A stretch of DNA of 41,847 nt from a virus (taxonomy: Duplodnaviria; Caudoviricetes), in IMG/VR virus record IMGVR_UViG_3300034388_000042, positions 1 to 41,847 of that record. One strand, written 5' to 3'. Below, one piece after another: positions 8,393-16,998 of this stretch. The stretch's first letter is position 1. Every line of letters begins with the position of its first letter. The position numbers and the translations under genes were made by a program. The notes under the pieces are model-generated. The model did no database searches. It saw nothing but the letters and a program-made list of their open reading frames with translations, and was not told the DNA's origin.

Positions 8393-8676
8393 GGCGTGCC
8401 CCACCGGGCGATAAGCGCGACCGCGGCCAGCGCGAGGTTGCGCCAGCTGGTCTCGGCGAGGACGGCGCGGCCGTCGTCCAGCACGACGAGCAGGGACGCG
8501 GACGGCGCCCCGCCCGTCATCCCGTGCGGAAGGACGCCGATCCTGGACAGCTGGCCACGTAGCGGGTTGCTGCCCAGGTACGGCGCCCACGCGCCGTCCC
8601 GAATCTGCAGATCGACCGCCAGGACGGTCCCCTGCGGGTCCTCCGGGTATCGGCCCGGACCGAACTCGACGGGCAC
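8389..8676 (-). CDS. Hypothetical protein
   Basis: AGGAGG RBS before GTG 8676; GMTGGAPSASLLVVLDDGRAVLAETS beta-rich pattern. Confidence 0.6.
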   Translation of the reverse strand: MPVEFGPGRYPEDPQGTVLAVDLQIRDGAWAPYLGSNPLRGQLSRIGVLPHGMTGGAPSASLLVVLDDGRAVLAETSWRNLALAAVALIARWGTP

Positions 8677-8677
8677 G

Positions 8678-9445
8678 TCAGGCCTCCTGCAGGCGCTTGC
8701 CGGCGAACCGATCGAGCCACAGCTGCCGGGCCCGAGCGCGCTTGCTGAGCGAGTCGTCATCGTCGTGACCGGACGAGATGAGGCCGAGGAACGAGGGCCC
8801 GCACTCGACCACGAACGCCCGGGAGTCAGCCGAGCCCGAGGGCACGGTCGTCAGCGGCGTCTCGTACAGCTTCGACGCTGGCAGGAACCGGGCCTGGGCT
8901 TGGCCCGGGGCCGTCAAGGGCTTCGGTGAGGGTGTCTTCTGCGCGTCGAGCAGGGCGCGGTGCACGATGCCCCACACGTCCGGGAAGCCCTCGGCATCCG
9001 GGGGTGCGGTCATCACGTAGGCGTCGCCGTCCATCAGGCCGCCGACGTCAGTGGCGGTCAGGGCGCCGTCCTCGACGTCCAGCTGCAGCATGGCCATCCC
9101 GTCGTCGCCCTTGGCGGGGAAGGCCCCCAGGATCCGGGCGGCGTGCTGCGGCAGGATGTCGGCGACCGCCGGGCCGGTCTTGCCGTCGTCGCTGGACATC
9201 CCGGCGTCGAGCAGGTCCATCTGTCCGCCGTCGGAGCGCAGCAGGGGCGCGACGGCGACCGCGCTGGTCGCGATGCACGTCGCCATGACGCGGACGTAGC
9301 CGGCGGCCGGGTCGAAGTAGAGCCGGACGCGACGCAGTGCCTGCGTGCCGTCGCCGCCGGTCTTGGTCTTGTCGGCGTGCCGGCGCACGGCGTCGAGCGC
9401 CTTGCGGAACTCCGGCGTGCTGACACGGTAGGTGCCCACGGTCAT
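8678..9445 (-). CDS. Sliding clamp (DnaN)-like phage protein
   Basis: EFRKALDAVRRHA...ALRRVRL...VMAT and GFPDVWGIV resemble beta-clamp-like phage proteins; GAGGG RBS before ATG 9445. Confidence 0.45.
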   Translation of the reverse strand: MTVGTYRVSTPEFRKALDAVRRHADKTKTGGDGTQALRRVRLYFDPAAGYVRVMATCIATSAVAVAPLLRSDGGQMDLLDAGMSSDDGKTGPAVADILPQHAARILGAFPAKGDDGMAMLQLDVEDGALTATDVGGLMDGDAYVMTAPPDAEGFPDVWGIVHRALLDAQKTPSPKPLTAPGQAQARFLPASKLYETPLTTVPSGSADSRAFVVECGPSFLGLISSGHDDDDSLSKRARARQLWLDRFAGKRLQEA

Positions 9446-9453
9446 CTGATCCC

Positions 9454-10086
9454 TCACTTCGCGGTGGTGGTAACCGGCAGCGACGAGGCGCCGCAGGGGT
9501 TGGTGTACAGCGGCACCTTCGCCTCGGTGGCCTTGGCCACCTGCCGCTCCCACGCCTGGATGCACAGCGCCTGCACCTGCTGCGGAGTGAGAAGGAGAAT
9601 CTGGCCGGACGGCGGGGGTGCCTCGACGAGGCGCCAGACGCGGACGATCAGACCGGGCAGGGTGAGCGGCTGGGCGACGCCCTGCCCGCACCAGTCCTTC
9701 GCCGCGTACAGCTCGACGACTTGGGCGTCGTCGCGCCAGACCTGCGCCTCGGTGAGGGCGTCCATCACGGCTCGGGCCAGCTTGTCGACGTCGCCGGTGG
9801 TGCCCTGGCCGGTGGGCCAGGTGGGTCGCGTCCTCGGGTGGCTGGGCGGACGGGTGAAGCCGAACGCGAGGGCGAGGCGGATCGGTCCGATGAGTGGCTG
9901 CCACGAGAAGTCGCCGAACAGGGCGACCTTCGCGGCCTGGACGACGGAGCGGCGCCAGGGCTTGAGCGCCTTGTCGTTGTCATCCAGCAGGATGGGCTTG
10001 CCGCCGCGTGACCGGCCGATCCGCTTGCTGCCCTGCGGGATCGGCAAGCCGGCTACCCGGAACCGGAGTATGGGCGCCGCGCTCAT
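9454..10086 (-). CDS. rusA: RusA-like Holliday junction resolvase
   Basis: GLPIPQGSK...WR...GDVDKLARAVMDALT..VWRDDAQVV..K catalytic motifs. Confidence 0.9.
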   Translation of the reverse strand: MSAAPILRFRVAGLPIPQGSKRIGRSRGGKPILLDDNDKALKPWRRSVVQAAKVALFGDFSWQPLIGPIRLALAFGFTRPPSHPRTRPTWPTGQGTTGDVDKLARAVMDALTEAQVWRDDAQVVELYAAKDWCGQGVAQPLTLPGLIVRVWRLVEAPPPSGQILLLTPQQVQALCIQAWERQVAKATEAKVPLYTNPCGASSLPVTTTAK

Positions 10087-10172
10087 GCCGGCCACCCGCT
10101 CACCCAGCCGGCCGCCCACAGTGCGGCGGCGCCGACGAGGGCGACCAGGACGGCCAGAGCCAGGCGCGTCAT
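10083..10172 (-). CDS. Tiny hydrophobic protein (29 aa)
   Basis: MTRLALAVLVALVGAAALWAAGW; ATGA overlaps at both ends. Confidence 0.45.
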   Translation of the reverse strand: MTRLALAVLVALVGAAALWAAGWVSGWPA

Positions 10173-10360
10173 CTGGGCACCCTCGGGACCGGGACGCGGG
10201 CCGGCTCGGGCGGCAGGTGCGCCGACCGGCGGGCCTCGACTCGCGCCCAGGCGCGCTGGGCGCCGGCCTCCAGCTCGGCCGTGACGGCGACCGCGGCGAC
10301 GATGGCCAGGCCCAGGAGGGCGACCGCGGCGGCCCAGGTGAGGGCCTGGTGGCGGGTCAT
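10169..10360 (-). CDS. Small membrane protein
   Basis: MTRHQALTWAAAVALLGLAIVAAVAV; ATGA overlaps. Confidence 0.5.
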   Translation of the reverse strand: MTRHQALTWAAAVALLGLAIVAAVAVTAELEAGAQRAWARVEARRSAHLPPEPARVPVPRVPR

Positions 10361-11697
10361 GCCTGGCCCGCCTCGTCCGCGGGCCACTCGGGCGACCAGT
10401 GGTCGCCACCCACCGTCGGGTCGGGCAGCTGCTCGTCGCCGTCCTGCGGCTCTGCAGCGGGCGGCGTCCAGGGCTGGCCGGTGGCTGCCTCGTCGGCCGC
10501 CGCGGCGTCCTCCAGGGCGCCGCCGTCGTCCTGACCCTGGCCCTGGAAGAAGTGCTCCTCCAGTGCGGCGCGGGCAACCTCCCCGGCGGAGCCCGCGGGC
10601 GCTGACCTGTCGAGGCCCAGCGCGGCAGCGACGACCCGGGCGCCGGCCTCGCCCGCCAGGTTGTCGAGGATGAGGTGCCCCTCGGCGGTGGTGAGCGACT
10701 CGGGGCCCTTCACCTCGTGCTCGACGATCGCGGCCATGACGGCGCGGCGCTTCTCCGTCTGCCCTGGGCCGGTCAGGTGCAGCTCGTTGAACCGGCGGTT
10801 GATCGCCGCCCAGCCCTTCATCGGCAAGGCCTCGTCGGCTGGCGCCGGCGCCGGCGGAGCGGCCGGCTGAGGCGCGGGCACGGGCTGGGCGGCGGGTGCC
10901 GGACCGATGATGTCCTCGGCCGTGATCGTCGCCGCAGGGAACTCGTCCTCCACCGTGATCTCGCCGCGCTTGATGCTCTGCCAGATCACCGACAGCGTGG
11001 CGAGATCCTGCGGCGTCCACTGGCCGGTCGGGTGACCGATCCGGCTCTCCAGCCGCTCACGGGAGATCCGCATCTCGTCGAACAGCCGCACGCAGTCCTT
11101 GACCCGCTCGTCGAGCGGCTTGCCGTTGCCGCGCTGCAGGGTCGCGGTGCACAGGTCGATGGCCTCCTGCACGTACCACTGCGGCAGCAGGCCGAGGATC
11201 ATCTCGCGCAGGCGTCGCGCGCCGTTGTTGGCGTTGTTCTCGTAGATGTCCCGCAGGTCCGTCAGGTCCCTGCGGCCCTTCTTGGTGTCGCGGGCGTGCG
11301 GCACGATGAAGGCGGTGGCGTTGCGGGTGTTGGTCTGCACGTCCCAGGCCATCGCCTGCATCTCGGACTGGCCGGCGCCGTCGTCGCGCCGCAGCTCGGC
11401 AATGCCGTTCTGGAAGTTCCCCCAGCACCGGGCCAGCTCGCGGGCGAGGTGGATGGACGGGCCCGTGACCATGCCGTCGCCGCGGTTGTACCGGTAGAAC
11501 GCGCGCTCGGCCAGGCGCGGCTGCTGGCACGAACGGCGCATCTCGTCGAGCGCGGCCTTTACGTTGCGCGGGCAGGCCTGCGCGACCTGGACGGCGGCCA
11601 TCACCTCGGCGACGGCCCGGGACTGCTCGACGACCGTGGCCTGCCCGATCCTGCTCGGGCCCTGCACGGGCTCCAGGTGCTGCACGTCGACGGTCAT
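10357..11697 (-). CDS. Putative single-strand annealing recombinase, partner of the RecE-like exonuclease
   Basis: Coupled to the exonuclease; EQSRAVAEV..AV.VA..PR...GPSIHLARELARCWGN family motif; low-complexity C-terminal tail. Confidence 0.6.
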   Translation of the reverse strand: MTVDVQHLEPVQGPSRIGQATVVEQSRAVAEVMAAVQVAQACPRNVKAALDEMRRSCQQPRLAERAFYRYNRGDGMVTGPSIHLARELARCWGNFQNGIAELRRDDGAGQSEMQAMAWDVQTNTRNATAFIVPHARDTKKGRRDLTDLRDIYENNANNGARRLREMILGLLPQWYVQEAIDLCTATLQRGNGKPLDERVKDCVRLFDEMRISRERLESRIGHPTGQWTPQDLATLSVIWQSIKRGEITVEDEFPAATITAEDIIGPAPAAQPVPAPQPAAPPAPAPADEALPMKGWAAINRRFNELHLTGPGQTEKRRAVMAAIVEHEVKGPESLTTAEGHLILDNLAGEAGARVVAAALGLDRSAPAGSAGEVARAALEEHFFQGQGQDDGGALEDAAAADEAATGQPWTPPAAEPQDGDEQLPDPTVGGDHWSPEWPADEAGQA

Positions 11698-12572
11698 GCG
11701 ATGTCCTTTCCGTAGGTGAACCAACGGGGAAGCGTGCCCAGCTGCACGCCGGAGTAGCCGGGCCAGCGGCCGCTCTCGACGCACCGGGCGTAGATGTTGA
11801 CCGCCTGCTCCATCTCGATCCGGCCCAGCCGCTCGGCCTCGTCGTCGAGCTGGACGACGTTCACGAGGTACGGCGGCTTGCGTTCCTGGGCGACGAACAG
11901 GAACTCGGGCTCGGGGTGGATGCCGAGGGCCTTGACGGCGGCGCAGTAGAACGCGCGCTGACGGTGGTAGCCGAACTCGGCGGCCGATCGCATGAACGCG
12001 TCGGTGCTGGCGTCCGTCGTGGTCTTGTAGTCGGCCAGGATGTACCGGCGCCCGGCCGGCACGGCGTGCGGCATGAGGTCGAGTCGGCAGCGCAGCATGA
12101 CCCCGGTGCGGTCGTGCCGCCAGAACAGGGACTGCTCCGGCTTCCCGCGCGCCGGATCGAGCAGCGCGGCCGCCTCGGGGTGCTCGCGCAGTGCCTGCGC
12201 CATGTCCTGGACGGCGTCCCACTCGCGTTCAAGAAGGGGCGCCTCGCCGCGCTCGTATGCGGCGTCCCGCTCGTCCTGGGCGGCCCTCTTCTTCCAGTTG
12301 TCAGCCTTGACGACGTGGACCTGCAGGCCTCGGCCGAGGACCAGCGAGTGTGCGGCGTGGCCGAAGTCGAACTCCCGCTTCGGCTTGTCGCCGCGCTCGC
12401 GCCAGTGCTTGAAGTGCGCGGGCGTCGACGGCGGGATCAGGTGCTTCGCGCCACTGTTCGAGAGGCTCCCCTCGGGTGTCGGGTCCCCGTGGTAGACCTC
12501 GTCCGGCATGTCGTCGTACACGCCGGGCCCGGAGATCTCCTGCCGCATCTGCAGCTCGGGTGCCGCGGTCAC
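11694..12572 (-). CDS. RecE/exonuclease VIII-like PD-(D/E)XK nuclease
   Basis: YHGD...LSNSGAK...FGHAAHSLVL...EQSLFW...RCRLD...DYKTT...YHRQ.AFY motifs. Confidence 0.88.
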   Translation of the reverse strand: MTAAPELQMRQEISGPGVYDDMPDEVYHGDPTPEGSLSNSGAKHLIPPSTPAHFKHWRERGDKPKREFDFGHAAHSLVLGRGLQVHVVKADNWKKRAAQDERDAAYERGEAPLLEREWDAVQDMAQALREHPEAAALLDPARGKPEQSLFWRHDRTGVMLRCRLDLMPHAVPAGRRYILADYKTTTDASTDAFMRSAAEFGYHRQRAFYCAAVKALGIHPEPEFLFVAQERKPPYLVNVVQLDDEAERLGRIEMEQAVNIYARCVESGRWPGYSGVQLGTLPRWFTYGKDIA

Positions 12573-12793
12573 CGGTCGCCGCCCGCGAGCACCCGGGACA
12601 GCTGGCGCACGACGTCGCCCGGCTCGGCGCCGGCACCCAGCCGCTTGCGTGCCCCGCGCACGAGGACATCGACGGCGTCGGTCAGGCTGGCATCGTCCAC
12701 TACGCAGTTCTGGTTGACCTCGAACAGGTCGAGCGAGGTCAGCCAGTCCGTGATCTCGTAGACGGCGTTGGCCTCGGCCACGGTCAGGCTCAC
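12569..12793 (-). CDS. Hypothetical protein
   Basis: GGGAGG RBS and GTGA overlap; helical composition. Confidence 0.55.
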   Translation of the reverse strand: MSLTVAEANAVYEITDWLTSLDLFEVNQNCVVDDASLTDAVDVLVRGARKRLGAGAEPGDVVRQLSRVLAGGDR

Positions 12794-13155
12794 CGCCCAC
12801 CTCCCGCAGCTGCGGCGCGCTCCAGCTGGGGCAGGAACTGGGCGATGAACGCCGCCGGCACCGACGTCGAACCGCCGTCGACGGTGACGCCGACGACGAC
12901 CATCGGGCCGCACACCGCGCTGTGGTACGCGCGGCCCGCGTACCGCCGGTAGACGGCATCGGCGAGGGCCTGGCCAGCGTCGTTGGCCGGCGAGCCGTCG
13001 AGCAGCGAGCAGTCGCCCACGTAGCCGATGACGTCGGGGGCGAGCCGGATCCCGTCGAACCCCTCGGGGAAGACGTCGGCGAGGTACCGGAAGGCGCCCG
13101 CGGGGCATTCGACGACGGCGGGCTTGCCGTCGGGGTCGATGCGGACGGCGATCAC
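12790..13155 (-). CDS. Hypothetical protein (DUF3846-like pattern)
   Basis: AVRIDPDG...YVGD..LLDGSPAN..A...VCGPMVVVG. Confidence 0.55.
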   Translation of the reverse strand: MIAVRIDPDGKPAVVECPAGAFRYLADVFPEGFDGIRLAPDVIGYVGDCSLLDGSPANDAGQALADAVYRRYAGRAYHSAVCGPMVVVGVTVDGGSTSVPAAFIAQFLPQLERAAAAGGGR

Positions 13156-13616
13156 CGGCCCTCACCTACCGTGGCCATCTCGCCGAGCTCGACCCACCGG
13201 GCGAGCGCCAGCACTTCGGACAGGGCCGCGCCGGGCGCCCGGTCGAGGACCTCGCCGAGGATGACGAGCCGGGCCCGCTGGTCGACCGCCAGGACGTCGG
13301 CGGCGGGCCGGTCGAGCAGCTGCAGGATCCGCGCGGTGTCCTCCTGCATGGCGGCGTCGGCGATCCGGCGCTCGACGTCCCGGTCGGTGAGCGTTCCGCG
13401 CGTCTCGGCGCGCTCGGCCATCTGCCGCTCGACGTCCGGGGGCAGCAGCTGCTCGCGGGTGATGACGATCGGCTCGTGCTGGTCCTGGTGGTCGACGATC
13501 GCGTCGAGGTCGGCCGGGACGGTGGGCATGGCGGTGTCCTCCTGGGATGGGACGGGGTGGCGCTCGGGCGCCAGCAGGCGGCGGACCTCGGCGGCGGTGC
13601 GGTCTCGGGTCGTCAC
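13152..13616 (-). CDS. Hypothetical protein
   Basis: GTGA overlap start; alternative ATG near 13529 after CAGGAGG. Confidence 0.5.
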   Translation of the reverse strand: MTTRDRTAAEVRRLLAPERHPVPSQEDTAMPTVPADLDAIVDHQDQHEPIVITREQLLPPDVERQMAERAETRGTLTDRDVERRIADAAMQEDTARILQLLDRPAADVLAVDQRARLVILGEVLDRAPGAALSEVLALARWVELGEMATVGEGR

Positions 13617-13888
13617 GGCTGGCCCACCTCCGCGAGGCCATCGGCGAGGCCGAGGACGTAGGCGGCGGCGATCCCGTGCCGCCACGCGAAGGCGGTGGCC
13701 AGGTCCCCGCGCAGCCACCGGTCGAGGCTGTCGGCGCGGTCCTGCGGCGTCCCGTGCTCGTCGGCCGACTTCTGGATCCGGGCGGCCGCGCGGATGACGG
13801 AGGCCTTCGCCTGGTCGTGCGCTTGCGCCAGGTCAGCGGCCGTGGGCTCGTCGAGCATCCGCTTGATCGAGTCGCCGTCAGCCATCAC
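13613..13888 (-). CDS. Hypothetical protein
   Basis: Coupled overlaps; helical composition. Confidence 0.5.
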   Translation of the reverse strand: MMADGDSIKRMLDEPTAADLAQAHDQAKASVIRAAARIQKSADEHGTPQDRADSLDRWLRGDLATAFAWRHGIAAAYVLGLADGLAEVGQP

Positions 13889-14301
13889 CGGGTCACCGCC
13901 CGGGACGCGCAGCCGCAGAGGATGCACGTCGGGCCGATGACCTCGGCGCCGTCATGGCACAGGCGGCACCGGTGGGTCACCAGGACGGCGTGCCCGCGCA
14001 TCGCGACAGCGGCCGGGAGCGGGCTCGGCACGCTGGTCAGGTCTCCGGACGACGGGGGCCGAAGGACCACGAACGGGCGGGGCAGCGCCGAGGGCGTCAG
14101 GGCCGGCTCGATGCTGGCCATCGGGGCGAGCGGGACGACACCGGGCCGCTGGACGGCGGCGGGGCGTGCGCCGGCCAAAGGGTCGCCGTCCGCCCGGTGC
14201 CGGACCTGGCCGCGGGGCTCGCGGGCCAGGAACCACGTCAGGGCGGCGAGGCAGCCGACCGCGAAGATCGAGATCGAGAGGACCTGCTCAGGGGTCATCA
14301 C
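13885..14301 (-). CDS. Membrane-anchored hypothetical protein with C-terminal Cys pairs
   Basis: N-terminal hydrophobic helix; CRLC...CILC; GGAGG RBS. Confidence 0.5.
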   Translation of the reverse strand: MMTPEQVLSISIFAVGCLAALTWFLAREPRGQVRHRADGDPLAGARPAAVQRPGVVPLAPMASIEPALTPSALPRPFVVLRPPSSGDLTSVPSPLPAAVAMRGHAVLVTHRCRLCHDGAEVIGPTCILCGCASRAVTR

Positions 14302-14420
14302 CGGTGTCGCCTCCTCCAGGCGATGGCGAGCGTGGCCAGGACCCAGCCGGTGCCGGAGATGACGGCGCCGATCAAGCAGGCCCAGGAGACGTATTCCAGG
14401 ACGGTCGCGGCGGCGGTCAC
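14298..14420 (-). CDS. Small membrane protein (40 aa)
   Basis: GTG start overlapping the upstream stop; VLEYVSWACLIGAVISGTGWVLATLAIAW-RRRHR. Confidence 0.45.
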   Translation of the reverse strand: MTAAATVLEYVSWACLIGAVISGTGWVLATLAIAWRRRHR

Positions 14421-14596
14421 CGCAGGCCTCCGATCCCGCGGGACGAGGTGGCGATCTCGTCCAACTCGGCGCGCCTGCGCCGGTAGGCGGCCTGGACGTC
14501 GGCGCGGTGTGCGCGGTGTAGGTCGCGGATCATCGCGGCCATGCCCGCCAGGACGGCCGCGGCGAGGATCAGGCAGGAGATCCCGAGGACGATCAC
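14417..14596 (-). CDS. Small membrane protein (59 aa)
   Basis: GTGA overlap; IVLGISCLILAAAVLAGMAAMI. Confidence 0.45.
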   Translation of the reverse strand: MIVLGISCLILAAAVLAGMAAMIRDLHRAHRADVQAAYRRRRAELDEIATSSRGIGGLR

Positions 14597-15009
14597 GCGG
14601 ACACCGGCCTCTCGGCCTCGTCGGCGGCCGCGCGGGCGGCGTCGACCTGGGCGACGAGGGCGCCCAGGTCGGCCGCGGGTGCCGGGTCAGCGATGCTCTC
14701 CGTGATGCGGATGACCACCACGACCTTGCCGAACGCCGTGCAGTCGTGCTCGTACCTGGCCTCGCGGTACCCGTAACGGGTGGTGACTTCGGCGATCGGC
14801 TCGGCGATACCGAGCTGCCGCAGCAGCGTCTCCGCCTCGATGGCGGTGCCCTGCTCGGTCCCGACGAGCAGTCGCACCCAGCCCGGGCGGTGCAGGCCGG
14901 GGATGAAGGTGACGCTGACCCGGGACAGCGGGACGTGGGCGGCCTTCGCGGCGGCGACCACGATGTCGACGGCCCGGCCTGGGAGGGCTGGCTCTGGTGT
15001 TGCGGTCAT
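14593..15009 (-). CDS. Hypothetical protein
   Basis: AGGA RBS; coding-like composition. Confidence 0.6.
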   Translation of the reverse strand: MTATPEPALPGRAVDIVVAAAKAAHVPLSRVSVTFIPGLHRPGWVRLLVGTEQGTAIEAETLLRQLGIAEPIAEVTTRYGYREARYEHDCTAFGKVVVVIRITESIADPAPAADLGALVAQVDAARAAADEAERPVSA

Positions 15010-15611
15010 GGGATCCTGCTCTCTGCTGGTGGCCGGGCCCTGTCAGATGCGGGGGCCCGGCCGCTGTCGTGTCGGGGGTCAGCGGGCGGGGCCTTCGCCG
15101 GGTCCGTGGTCGTCGGAGTCGCTGCTGGTGCCGGTGCGGGTGCCCTCGTCGCAGGTGCGGCCCTGGTGCCGGAAGGGTCCCCAAGCGGGGATCCAGGAGC
15201 AGGCGGCGATGGAGGCGTCGTCCTTGCTCATGCCGGGTTCTTGCCGTGGCCCTGGGGAGCCTTGGGTTCGGGTGTGGGCGAGGGGGCCCGTTGGGCTGGG
15301 CGGGCCGTGTCGGCCAGCGGTGTCCGGGTGGCTCCGTGGATCGAGCGGACCGGGTTCCACCGGTGCCTCCCCTCTCCTCGGTGTGTTCCCTCGTAGTGCT
15401 GGGCGGTTCCGGATTCGCCACCCTCTGTCCATGGCGCATCGCTCTCGGGCACGGCAAGATGTCCTCTCGTCTGCCCGGTCCCCTCGTCGCTTGGCCGTGA
15501 GTGCCGGGCGGGCCTGTGTTCGGGGTGGTGCGGGCACGCCGGGCGGCGAAGGGGTCCGTCATCCATGGCGGGGGCGGCGCCATCCGTGGCGGCGCGCCGC
15601 CCGGCGTGCGA

Positions 15612-15830
15612 TCAGGGGCTGGCGGTGCGGCGCAGCGCGCGGATGGTGGCCCGGTCGCCGCCGGTGACGATCCGATGGCGTCGCTGCTCGGTGCGTCGGC
15701 GGACGGCGACTGCGCGGCGGACGGCGCGGTACTCCTCGCCGGCGGGGCGACGCTGCAGGTCGCCCCAGGTCTGACCCTCGAGCAGGGCGGCCGCAAAGTG
15801 GTGCTGGTCACGGTGCGATATGGCGTTCAT
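15612..15830 (-). CDS. Small basic hypothetical protein coupled to the Cas7-like gene
   Basis: ATG 15830 overlaps the TGA of the upstream gene; Arg-rich. Confidence 0.4.
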   Translation of the reverse strand: MNAISHRDQHHFAAALLEGQTWGDLQRRPAGEEYRAVRRAVAVRRRTEQRRHRIVTGGDRATIRALRRTASP

Positions 15831-16501
15831 GCCGGCACCTGGTCCCAGCGGGTCACCGTGTAGCGACCGAAGCCCTGTGAGCGGGTGGCGCCGATGCCCT
15901 GCTGCTCGCCGGTGAGCCAGATCATGGCCCACTGCTCCGCGGTGAAGTCGTGGTCACTCAGGATCGTGAAGTTGACCTTCGCGTCCTCGACGTACTCCTC
16001 GTACTGGATCCCGGACCCGCGGAATGTGTGCACGAACCGCTGATTGATCCCGGACGCCGCATCGACGCCGAAATGAAGCCGATCCTCGACGACGCATACA
16101 TGCTCGGCGATATAGCCGAGCAGACCCTTGTTGGTCTTCCCCCAGGACTTCAGCGGCAGTTTCCCGGCGGCGGCGGCGACGGAGGCGGCCTCCTTGATGG
16201 CAGCCTTGAGCTGGCGGCCCTCAATGTAGAGGCCCTGTTCGTCACGCTTGAAGCCGTTCAGGTGCTTCTGCGTGTCGACGATCGCTGCGGCCTCTTCGGC
16301 GGTGACACCGCGCTCGGCCATCGTTTCGGCGACGGCCTGCCGGATCAGATCGTCGGGGTCGGCGAGCTTGGTGCGCAGCCAGCCTTCGGCGACCTTGGGG
16401 TCGGTGGGGATGCCGCCCGCGATGCATCCGATGTGGAGCTGGCCGGCGAACCGGTAGGGCCAGGCTCGGTCACGGAATTCGGCGAAAGCTGACGTGATCA
16501 C
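15827..16501 (-). CDS. Stand-alone Cas7/RAMP-like protein (224 aa)
   Basis: GAAAGGA RBS and GTG 16501. RAMP hallmarks: N-terminal strand then IAGGIP, LYIEGRQLKAAIKEAA helix, YEEYV, and C-terminal glycine loop GIGATRSQGFGRY. Confidence 0.8.
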   Translation of the reverse strand: MITSAFAEFRDRAWPYRFAGQLHIGCIAGGIPTDPKVAEGWLRTKLADPDDLIRQAVAETMAERGVTAEEAAAIVDTQKHLNGFKRDEQGLYIEGRQLKAAIKEAASVAAAAGKLPLKSWGKTNKGLLGYIAEHVCVVEDRLHFGVDAASGINQRFVHTFRGSGIQYEEYVEDAKVNFTILSDHDFTAEQWAMIWLTGEQQGIGATRSQGFGRYTVTRWDQVPA

Positions 16502-16521
16502 TGCGGTCCTTTCGGTGGGAT

Positions 16522-16998
16522 GTCGGGATGGGAGGGGCGTGTGCAGGAGTGGGGTGACTCGGCTCGGCAGGTCGGCCGGGGGGTGGCATGGCAGGTCTCG
16601 GGTCGGATCGTCGGGGCGGGACGGTTGGGGCAGGGGCGGGTAGGAAGGGGTCGTCGGGACGGGCGCGGGCGGGCTGGGTGGGCCTGTCGGGTGCGGGAGG
16701 CGTCGGGCGGGGGTGGGCGGTCCAGGGAGGTCGGACGGGGGCGGGGGGTTAAGCCGGGCAGTCGAGTGGGGTTGGCATGACGCGGGACGGGGCGGAGCGG
16801 ATTGGGTCGTCGGCGCGGAGCGGATCGGCTTGGGCACGGGTTGGGCCGGGCGGTCGGGCCGGGGCTGAGGGCGGATGGGGTCGGGACGACGCGTCGGGGA
16901 GGGCCGATGGGGGTTGGATCGGGCTGGGCGAGGGTGGCTAGTCGGGCAGGCGCAGAAAGGAGTGGCACGGCGACGGAACAGGGGGGGGTGGGTAGTCA
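16522..16998 (-). repeat. Pentamer-periodic array of about 11 units, CCGAC-NNN-(CCNNN)n, candidate guide-RNA array
   Basis: Unit boundaries (plus-strand GTCG) at 16522, 16571, 16610, 16653, 16686, 16730, 16761, 16809, 16853, 16893, 16941 and GTCA at 16995. Example unit: gac ccaat ccgct ccgcc ccgtc ccgcg tcatg ccaac cccac tcgac. Confidence 0.85.

Noticed and set aside
15395-15460. tRNA gene (GGCGAATCC resembles a T-loop)
   Set aside because: No acceptor stem, D arm or anticodon arm could be folded around it.
16522-16998. Canonical CRISPR array
   Set aside because: No identical 23-47-bp direct repeats; conservation is limited to the CC period and CCGAC boundaries; no cas1, cas2 or cas6 seen.
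16522-16998. Simple microsatellite or G-quadruplex tract as the sole explanation
   Set aside because: The plus strand is G-rich, but slippage repeats would homogenise. Here three of five positions vary and units are punctuated by a fixed boundary plus a 3-nt phase shift.
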